Below are positions 57,052-64,000 of a stretch of 64,000 nt of DNA, one piece after another. The first letter of the stretch is position 1; each line of letters starts with the position of its first letter. Under the pieces are notes generated by a model. It did not search any database. It was not told the origin of the DNA and worked only from the letters and a program-made list of their open reading frames with translations. Made by a program: the position numbers and the translations under genes. The DNA is from a virus, in IMG/VR virus record IMGVR_UViG_3300044695_006747, positions 64,001 through 128,000 of that record. One strand, 5' to 3'.

Positions 57052-57914
57052 TCTATGATCTTTTTTTGTATTCCTGATATATCTAAATTAAGTTCTTTGT
57101 CGTGTTGTTCTTTAGATCCATAATTATACAAAAACTTTCTTGGTATACCTATATTAGTTATATTATATAATCTATTATCTAGAGTATTTGTGACAATATA
57201 GTTTGTGGTTCCTTTATAGAAAGGTTCACATATAATAATTTTTGAATTGAAGTGTTCAAGTAAAACTTTTTCATCAAATGGCCATATTGTATTATAATAC
57301 AGTAGTGTTACATCTAAATTTTGTGTTGCTTCAAAAACTTGTTGTAGCATAGGTCCGTAGCATATAATTGTAGCTTTTGATCCTGTTTTAACTATATTAG
57401 CTTTTCCATATTCGATATCAAAATCTAAAGAGTGTTCGGTTTCGCTAAGTCTAAAATATTTTGGATTATTATTTGTATATGTTGCTATCAATAATTTGTC
57501 TAATTCTTTAGAATTCCCTGGAATCATGATGCTCATATCTTCGATTGTTAACATCAAAGATATATCTCCTGGACAATGATGAGTACAACCAAGTCCAGCA
57601 TAATCATATGATGATCCAACACTAATAAAATTTCCATTTAATTTTTGATAGCCAAAATCTATTTTTATTTGTTCAAAAGCTCTTTCTACAAGAAATGGAG
57701 CAATTGTATGTACGAAAGGAATAAGTTTATTTTTAGATAAACCAGCAGCTAAACTTACTGTGCTTTGTTCTAGTATTCCTATATTATATACCCTGTCTTG
57801 TAATACTGTAAGTTCTTCATTAAAAGCAAAAACACCTATATCTCCTAGAAGTAAGACAGTATCTTGGTCTCTATAAAGAATATTTTTTAATGTTTTAGCA
57901 AATTGTTTTCTCAT
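57039..57914 (-). CDS. Transketolase-like C-terminal subunit (pyrimidine-binding + C domain)
   Basis: MRKQFA...LLLGDIG, NIGILEQ...AAGLS, RAFEQIK, GCTHH. The ATG at 57914 overlaps the FkbM stop. Confidence 0.9.
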   Translation of the reverse strand: MRKQFAKTLKNILYRDQDTVLLLGDIGVFAFNEELTVLQDRVYNIGILEQSTVSLAAGLSKNKLIPFVHTIAPFLVERAFEQIKIDFGYQKLNGNFISVGSSYDYAGLGCTHHCPGDISLMLTIEDMSIMIPGNSKELDKLLIATYTNNNPKYFRLSETEHSLDFDIEYGKANIVKTGSKATIICYGPMLQQVFEATQNLDVTLLYYNTIWPFDEKVLLEHFNSKIIICEPFYKGTTNYIVTNTLDNRLYNITNIGIPRKFLYNYGSKEQHDKELNLDISGIQKKIIECIN

Positions 57915-58603
57915 ATTTTTTTTACAAAAATAGCATCTCCGTGAAAATCTTGCCATAAATTTATTTTTTCTACAAGTTCAAAATTATAACTTGTCAATAG
58001 ATCAATAATATCTTGTAGTTTTTTTTGTCCAATATATAATTCTTTAGTTGACCATTCTGTCATTATTGCCTTAACGTTGTCTAAAATATTTTTTGCTCCA
58101 TCTAATATTTCCCATTCTGATCCTTGAGTATCTATTAAGAGTATATCTGGCTGGACTTTGTTATGAGTACAATATTGGTACAATGTTGTTACATCTACAT
58201 CTATTTCTTTTTCTAGGATTGTTTGACTTAACATTGAACTATGATCACTAGAATTATATCTTAGAGATTGAATAGTTTTATGCCATAGACTTCTTTGTGA
58301 CTGATCAGAAATATTTGGATCAAAACATTTTATAAATTTTGTTGTTCCTATATGATTTGATAAAGCAATATTATTGCATATTATTTTTTCATTTTTATAT
58401 AATACATTTAATTTTGAAAAACATTCTGGATCTGGTTCAAACGCATGTACTTCACAGTTATTACCAAAAAGTTCTTTTATCTCATCTATATCAACACCGT
58501 CATAGGCTCCAATTTCAAATATTATATTACAGTTGTCAAAAATGTATGATTTTATTTTTGCCATATTTGATGAGCATATCGGTTTTTCGTGTTTATTGTT
58601 CAT
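57911..58603 (-). CDS. FkbM-family methyltransferase
   Basis: IFEIGAYDG, VHAFEPDP, NIALS, ILLIDTQGSEWEILDGA, EWS. Confidence 0.9.
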   Translation of the reverse strand: MNNKHEKPICSSNMAKIKSYIFDNCNIIFEIGAYDGVDIDEIKELFGNNCEVHAFEPDPECFSKLNVLYKNEKIICNNIALSNHIGTTKFIKCFDPNISDQSQRSLWHKTIQSLRYNSSDHSSMLSQTILEKEIDVDVTTLYQYCTHNKVQPDILLIDTQGSEWEILDGAKNILDNVKAIMTEWSTKELYIGQKKLQDIIDLLTSYNFELVEKINLWQDFHGDAIFVKKI

Positions 58604-58606
58604 GAT

Positions 58607-59341
58607 TTATAATCTTTCTATTGTAAAAAGTAATTCTTTATCTTTTGGTATTTTATGATGCCACTCAGGATTATTTTCCATTATTGGAATACCATAGCCT
58701 TTGATTGTATTGCATATGGCAATATTTGGTTTTGGATTATTCTTATTATTACAAATAAAAAGCTGTAATTGATTATGATCATGACCATTTATATTGGAGG
58801 TATTCCAGTTAAAAGAAACAAATTTGTCCTCTATATTATCTAATTTAACGGCCCTATCACCAGAACGATTGTAGTCCAGAAAACAGTATAAGTTATCTAG
58901 GTTATGATGAGATGCCAATAATGCGGATTCCCATATTGTTCCTTCATTACACTCTCCGTCTCCAATAACAACATATATTTTACCTTCTTCTTTTTTAATT
59001 TTTTTTGCTAGAGCCATGCCAACAGCAATTGGAAATCCATGTCCTAAAGAACCAGTTGATGCTTCTATAACAGAAATATTAGAACAAGGATGACCTCCAA
59101 AGTGGGAGTCAAATGAACAAAAGTTATTCAATAAAACTGGATCTATTTTTTTGAAATGTTCTAATATAACATATAATCCAAGGGCGGCGTGTCCTTTCGA
59201 TAATATAAATCTATCTTTTGGCTGTATAATAGAATAGATATTATATAGTATATCTAAAATAGATAAAGAACTAGGAATGTGTCCTTCTTTATTAATTTGA
59301 GCTAGTTCTAATATTCTATTGATAAGAAATTTTTTATTCAT
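58607..59341 (-). CDS. Transketolase-like N-terminal (ThDP-binding) subunit
   Basis: GHIPSSLS, DRFILSKGHA, STGSLGHG, GDGECNEGTIWES, DGH, TIKGYG. Confidence 0.92.
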   Translation of the reverse strand: MNKKFLINRILELAQINKEGHIPSSLSILDILYNIYSIIQPKDRFILSKGHAALGLYVILEHFKKIDPVLLNNFCSFDSHFGGHPCSNISVIEASTGSLGHGFPIAVGMALAKKIKKEEGKIYVVIGDGECNEGTIWESALLASHHNLDNLYCFLDYNRSGDRAVKLDNIEDKFVSFNWNTSNINGHDHNQLQLFICNNKNNPKPNIAICNTIKGYGIPIMENNPEWHHKIPKDKELLFTIERL

Positions 59342-60492
59342 TATAGGCTATCATTAACTATATTACAAATTTTATTAATATCGTTCTCAGATAAAGAAGG
59401 ATGATTTGGGAGATACATACCATATTTGTGAACTAAATCTCCAAAGGCATATTGTTTTTGTCCATATAATTTGGTATAGAATGGTTGTTTCGAAATACTA
59501 CCGCATACAAGAGGACGACATTCAATATTATTTGCTATCAAATTTTTAACCATATCGTTTCTATTTGGATGTATAATAGGATAAGCAAAATTACTTACAA
59601 AATTTTGAGATTTAATTTGCCAAAAATTATTTACTATCATACTGTCATACTGTAAAAAATTTTGATATCTTTTTTTATTTCTACTATCAATAGTTTTTAA
59701 TTGTTGTATCCCCAAAAAAGACTGTATTTCTGTTGCTCTAACATTAAAGCCAGGATAATAGAATGTATATAAACTATCGAAACTATCAATATTATGTTTA
59801 TTTCTTAAGAGTTGAGCAGTTTCATCCGATAAGTCTCTATCCCATCCATGTGATCTAATGGATAGTAATATTTCATATAGCTCAAAATCATCTGTGGATA
59901 TAATTCCACCTTCAATCGTAGAAAAATGGTGTCCAAAATATGTCGAAAAAGTTGACATTAATCCAAAGCATCCAGTCTTAGTGTCATTGTACAATGATCC
60001 AACACTCTCACAAGAGTCTTCAAGCAAAATAACATCATATTTATTACATAATTGTTGTATTTCATCAAAACTATTTGGAAATCCAAGAATATTAGCAACC
60101 ATTAAACACGAAGGTTTTTCTTGCTCTAGTAATCTTTCAAGATGATTTGTATCAATTCCTAAATTATTTTTGTCACTATCACATAGTAATATTTCAAAAT
60201 CAAACTGTATTGCTGGACTTATAGTTGTTGACCAGCCCAAACAAGGTAGCACAATTTTTTTATTTTTAAGCCTACCAGATAATTTAAGAGCATATAACAT
60301 TAATAAATTAGCTGATGATCCTGAGTTTACAAACACAGAGTATTTTCTACCTAACCACTCTGACCATTTATTTTCGAATTGTTTTGTTAATTTATCTTTT
60401 GTTAATCTGGGATATGTAGACAACCAAGCGCATAGATTATCTATGTCTTTGTTTGTTATTGTATCATAAGCTAGTTTAATTGGTATTGACAT
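59341..60492 (-). CDS. colD: DegT-fold PLP enzyme of the ColD type (GDP-4-keto-6-deoxymannose 3-dehydratase)
   Basis: FVNSGSSANL, LLEDSCES, STYFGHHFSTIEGG (His where DegT aminotransferases have the PLP Lys), RSHGWDR, PGFNVR. No E1/DdhC Fe-S Cys insert. Confidence 0.75.
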   Translation of the reverse strand: MSIPIKLAYDTITNKDIDNLCAWLSTYPRLTKDKLTKQFENKWSEWLGRKYSVFVNSGSSANLLMLYALKLSGRLKNKKIVLPCLGWSTTISPAIQFDFEILLCDSDKNNLGIDTNHLERLLEQEKPSCLMVANILGFPNSFDEIQQLCNKYDVILLEDSCESVGSLYNDTKTGCFGLMSTFSTYFGHHFSTIEGGIISTDDFELYEILLSIRSHGWDRDLSDETAQLLRNKHNIDSFDSLYTFYYPGFNVRATEIQSFLGIQQLKTIDSRNKKRYQNFLQYDSMIVNNFWQIKSQNFVSNFAYPIIHPNRNDMVKNLIANNIECRPLVCGSISKQPFYTKLYGQKQYAFGDLVHKYGMYLPNHPSLSENDINKICNIVNDSL

Positions 60493-60495
60493 ATT

Positions 60496-61368
60496 TTATC
60501 TCAATGGTAATAGACTTGTTTTATGTTCTGCTAACAATGATCCATATTTTACAGTGCTGGCTATATTTTCATTTCCTATAAAATCTAATAAAATATTAGC
60601 TATTATTTCTTCTGGAGGCCCGAACAGATTATTATCAAATTCTTTTATCATTCTTATGATAGCATTCGAATATTTGTTCATTATATGAGACCCACCGTAT
60701 GCAATTTTATCATTATGAAGTTCTGGTATATATATTTTATTATTGTCCAACATATCCAATTTAATAACTCTTCTGCATTCTTCGATATCAAAGCGCATAT
60801 CTGGCCTCAATCTAAATACCCAGTCATATTTTTTATTATTTTTATATTCGCTCTGTAATTTAAGTAAATTTGCTTTATATATCAAATAAAACATCTTACA
60901 CGATCCTATAACTCCGTTGTGTATTCCTCTTCCATCCCAATTATATTTACATTTTGTTAAAATATTCCATTGAAGAGGAGAAAACTCAGATGCATAAAAA
61001 GCATAATCGTTAACTTCTATTTCTTTAGCTTCAAAATTTTGTATAATATCTTCGACATTAATATCTATATTGTGACTACCTGGTTCTGATAATCCGTGAG
61101 CACTAGACCAGCAATTTGCACTATTTTGTTTATTCCATGTGGCAATAAAAACATCAATATCTCCATATTGACTTATCAAATTTTTAAATTCTAAATAATT
61201 TTTGTGTAAACGTTTATAGTCTCTAATATGGCCAGATATACAGAAGGCTATAGATAGCTTATCGTCTGTTTTATATTTTATGTCTAGATGTTCAGATATA
61301 ATATTTTCAGCTTCAATTAGTTGTTTATAGCGTTTTCTAAAAAATATTTTTTGAATAGTTTTCCACAT
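60496..61368 (-). CDS. Glycan-cluster protein, putative glycosyltransferase-like
   Basis: IAFCISGHIR...DVFIATW and YDWVFRLRPD, a pattern I recall from viral glycan clusters. Confidence 0.5.
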   Translation of the reverse strand: MWKTIQKIFFRKRYKQLIEAENIISEHLDIKYKTDDKLSIAFCISGHIRDYKRLHKNYLEFKNLISQYGDIDVFIATWNKQNSANCWSSAHGLSEPGSHNIDINVEDIIQNFEAKEIEVNDYAFYASEFSPLQWNILTKCKYNWDGRGIHNGVIGSCKMFYLIYKANLLKLQSEYKNNKKYDWVFRLRPDMRFDIEECRRVIKLDMLDNNKIYIPELHNDKIAYGGSHIMNKYSNAIIRMIKEFDNNLFGPPEEIIANILLDFIGNENIASTVKYGSLLAEHKTSLLPLR

Positions 61369-61378
61369 AATTATAATA

Positions 61379-62740
61379 TTATTGATTAATTTTTAAGAAA
61401 ATTTCTAAATCTTCTGGTGTTCCTAAACCATACATGTTTTTAATATGATAAGTTCTAATCTTTTTATTATCCTGTATAGCTTCATTAAATACGGGACAAA
61501 CATAGAATTCATTATTTATACGAATATTTTTCTCTATCATTTGTTGTGCGTAGCGAACGAAATCTTTTCCTTTATTCCAATAATATATGCCAACAGTAGC
61601 TATATTAGATATTGGTTTTTTTTCTGCTACTTCGTTTACAAGATTATGTTCATCTAGTTTAACGAAAGACCATTTAGGGTGTGTTGATTCAAAAGTTAAT
61701 ATGCAACCATCCAGACTAGAATTTTCCATAGTATACATAAAATCATTACTATTCCAATCTATATATTGATCAGAATTAGCTATTAGTAGAGGATCATTTG
61801 TATTTATTAAATCTTTTGTCAGTAATACTGTGCAGGCAGCGCCTTCTGTGATGTGATCAACACAGATAATTTTGCAGTTGGGCGCAATAAGATTGAGTAA
61901 GTATTTTAAATTAAAGTCTTCATAATGTTTTTGTTGAACAATAAAAATATAGTTAGCATCTATATTGATATTATCAACAATTCTTTTTATCATTGGTTCG
62001 CCATTAACATCTATTAGTGGCTTTGGAAAAGTATATCCAGCTTTCTCAAACCTAGAAGCTGCACCAGCCATTGGTATAACTATATTTAGTTTATCGTTAG
62101 ACCATTTATTAGATATGGCTATTTTATTCATAGTATTAACTTTATTTATTAGTGAACTATTTATATCTTTAGTTCTTTTGACTTTTATAACAAAAGCTCC
62201 ACTATTCTCTGCCGCCTGTATTCCTAATGGCGAATCTTCTACAATAATAGTTTCTTTTGGGCAAACTCTTGCAGATATCATACATTTAAGATAAATTTCT
62301 GATGATGGTTTTGCAAGCATTACATCCTCATTCGAGTAGAATATATCAATATACTTTATATATCCTGTATAATACAGTGCAGATTTTACGGTTTCTCTTA
62401 TACTATTTGACGCTACTGCTATTATTGCTCCAGATTCCTTTAGTTGTTTGAGCGTCTGAATAATATTGGGATCTCCCTGTAAATTTTCTATATATTTTGA
62501 TGTTTTTTTCTGTTTATTTAACCATATAGTATTATAGGAATTTTCTGGTAGTCCTTTATTTTTAGTCAGTAGTTTTAGTTTATCGAATGTTTTCATTCCA
62601 TCATATAAGGATATGTGTTCTTCATATGATATGATAAAAGATTTATCAAATTCACTTATTGCTTCATTAAGAACATTGAAATGCATGTCTTTCATATCTA
62701 CAAGCACTCCATCTAGATCAAAAATAATTAGTTTAATCAT
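61379..62740 (-). CDS. Fusion of a HAD phosphatase and a sugar-phosphate nucleotidyltransferase
   Basis: N-domain FDLDGVL...VASNS...AKPSSE...IVEDS. C-domain IVIPMAGAASRF...PKPLIDV, EGAACTVL, IANSDQ, AEKKPIS, NNEFYV, GLGTPED. Confidence 0.9.
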   Translation of the reverse strand: MIKLIIFDLDGVLVDMKDMHFNVLNEAISEFDKSFIISYEEHISLYDGMKTFDKLKLLTKNKGLPENSYNTIWLNKQKKTSKYIENLQGDPNIIQTLKQLKESGAIIAVASNSIRETVKSALYYTGYIKYIDIFYSNEDVMLAKPSSEIYLKCMISARVCPKETIIVEDSPLGIQAAENSGAFVIKVKRTKDINSSLINKVNTMNKIAISNKWSNDKLNIVIPMAGAASRFEKAGYTFPKPLIDVNGEPMIKRIVDNINIDANYIFIVQQKHYEDFNLKYLLNLIAPNCKIICVDHITEGAACTVLLTKDLINTNDPLLIANSDQYIDWNSNDFMYTMENSSLDGCILTFESTHPKWSFVKLDEHNLVNEVAEKKPISNIATVGIYYWNKGKDFVRYAQQMIEKNIRINNEFYVCPVFNEAIQDNKKIRTYHIKNMYGLGTPEDLEIFLKINQ

Positions 62741-63188
62741 ATGTATATTCTTTTATATAGTCACTACATATTCCATATGAATTTAATAATTCTTGTTTAG
62801 AATAAAAAGATATCTCTGGTAAAACACATACTGTCTTCTTGTTTAGTGACGATCCAGGATATGCCCAGCCTATGCTTTTGGAAGTTAATGTATATTTATC
62901 TTTTTCATGCCAAAAAAAATGTAGATCAGGATATTCATTTTGAATCTGTAATAAATAAAATAAACAATCAGAATTTTTACAATGTATCCATATATTGGGA
63001 TTGGTTAATAATTCTGAAGGCATATCGTATTTAGGCGAATCATGTCCCAACATTAGTTTATTATTTACAAACCATAAATCTATTTCAACATTATATTTTA
63101 GATTTAATGCATTATTGATATAGTTTGGATGATTTTCCTTACTAATATTTTTACCAGTAAGATTTCCTCGATGTGATATATATATCAT
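62733..63188 (-). CDS. Truncated GDPD/PLC-like phosphodiesterase
   Basis: ISHRGN...EN...VEIDLW...LGHD...WIHCKN...GICSDY. Confidence 0.75.
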   Translation of the reverse strand: MIYISHRGNLTGKNISKENHPNYINNALNLKYNVEIDLWFVNNKLMLGHDSPKYDMPSELLTNPNIWIHCKNSDCLFYLLQIQNEYPDLHFFWHEKDKYTLTSKSIGWAYPGSSLNKKTVCVLPEISFYSKQELLNSYGICSDYIKEYTYD

Positions 63189-63802
63189 ATTATTTTTGTA
63201 AAATATATTTTAGCTTGATTACCATATTGATCTATGGGATAAACATTAGTAATAGCAAATTGATTCAATTTAAGGAAATCTGTAGTCTCTGATAGAGAGT
63301 TTTGATTAAGGTATATTGCTTCGGGAATGATCGAAGCAATAAGACTTCCTTCGTGGACTAAGCTAATATATTTACCTAAACCATGCAAGATATCTAAATC
63401 GCTACCGTTAGCGTCTATATTCAGATAGTCTATACAGTTAATTTTTTCTTCAAGACTATCTATAAAAATATCTAGTCTAGTTACAGAAACTTTTGTGTGT
63501 TGTGTAACGATAAAATCGTTTCTTCCTGGCCATACATTCATACAATTATCAGAAAAATTCAATAAAGAACTTAAATTGTGATTATTTGTACCAGCGATAT
63601 TAAATTTTGATATAGCTTCATAATTAGATACTGCTTTTTGTATAGTATAGCAATTTTTAAGTTGATTATTTTTTATACGCTCATTTAGAGTTTCAATGAG
63701 TTGTTCTACTGGTTCAAAAAAATAAATCCTATCATTTTCTTCAAATATTTTATTACTAATATAGTTGGATTCTAAGCCAGTTCCAATATCAAATATAATC
63801 AT
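63185..63802 (-). CDS. FkbM-family methyltransferase
   Basis: IFDIG, YFFEPV, KAVSN, TRLD, IDYLNIDANGSDLDILHG. Confidence 0.8.
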   Translation of the reverse strand: MIIFDIGTGLESNYISNKIFEENDRIYFFEPVEQLIETLNERIKNNQLKNCYTIQKAVSNYEAISKFNIAGTNNHNLSSLLNFSDNCMNVWPGRNDFIVTQHTKVSVTRLDIFIDSLEEKINCIDYLNIDANGSDLDILHGLGKYISLVHEGSLIASIIPEAIYLNQNSLSETTDFLKLNQFAITNVYPIDQYGNQAKIYFTKII

Positions 63803-63999
63803 TTTGGTAATAGATCATCAGATGTGTATGGGCTTCTATGATTGTTTGTGTGAAAATCTTCTGACGGAACCCATGTACCATCTATTGCCCCTATATTTTG
63901 AATTCTAGATATCAATGGTTTAATTTGATAAAAATTCATATTATCATTTTGAAATATGTTTTGATCAAGATAGGTGTCCCATGAAGAAGAGTTATTTTC
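63799..63999 (-). CDS. C-terminal fragment of a probable GT-A glycosyltransferase, truncated by the window edge
   Basis: Open frame ENNSSSWDTYLDQ...PLISRIQNIGAIDG...LLPK*. The TGA overlaps the FkbM ATG. Confidence 0.55.
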   Translation of the reverse strand, partial: ENNSSSWDTYLDQNIFQNDNMNFYQIKPLISRIQNIGAIDGTWVPSEDFHTNNHRSPYTSDDLLPK

Positions 64000-64000
64000 T

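Noticed and set aside
57039-59341. Split transketolase as a pseudogene or a central-carbon auxiliary gene
   Set aside because: Both halves are intact with ThDP motifs and proper starts. Two-gene transketolases are a normal form in glycan clusters, and no pentose-phosphate partners are nearby.
1-64000. Alternative genetic code (stop-codon reassignment) as in some large phages
   Set aside because: Conserved genes are full-length under code 11, and TAA, TGA and TAG (e.g. 46840) all terminate genes at expected positions.
1-64000. tRNA, rRNA or large ncRNA genes
   Set aside because: Intergenic gaps are all under about 75 nt once the microproteins are counted, and none shows a cloverleaf or T-loop motif.

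Overview
This is a gene-dense, strongly AT-rich (by eye, not computed) segment of a large dsDNA tailed phage genome. It reads in the standard genetic code, and TAA, TGA and TAG all act as stops. I found no rRNA, tRNA, CRISPR array, integrase, terminase or major capsid gene. Genes run on the + strand to about 13 kb: an edge-truncated tail-like protein, a 3031-aa VCBS-repeat giant protein and two Cys-rich proteins. The remaining ~51 kb is an almost gapless minus-strand run. In window order it holds a YfaP-like membrane protein, a Rad52/Sak-like annealase, a block of diverged glycosyl- and nucleotidyl-transferases, and a bacterial-type replisome (Ssb, intein-less split DnaE with a DEDDh exonuclease inside the split, Cas4/RecB-like nuclease, dNMP kinase, DnaG, DnaB, RecA). 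Next come PhoH, class II RNR, dCMP deaminase, a membrane/lysis-like cassette built around a papain-type protease, and an Mtd_N tail fibre. These are followed by catalytically eroded DeoC and bacterioferritin homologues, ClpP, a small sigma factor and GMP reductase. The window ends in a large nucleotide-sugar cluster: ColD-type dehydratase, Fcl/ColC-type reductase, two-subunit transketolase, epimerase, FkbM methylases, a HAD-nucleotidyltransferase fusion and glycosyltransferases. A Planctomycetota-like host is an inference from accessory-gene architecture only. The strongest candidates for an undescribed system are (1) a phage-encoded colitose/branched-sugar glycosylation pathway that may decorate Ser-Gly/poly-Ser-rich virion proteins, (2) a set of pseudo-enzymes (Bfr, DERA), (3) the split DnaE, and (4) a protease-based lysis cassette. 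All family calls come from motif recognition by eye; no database searches were run.
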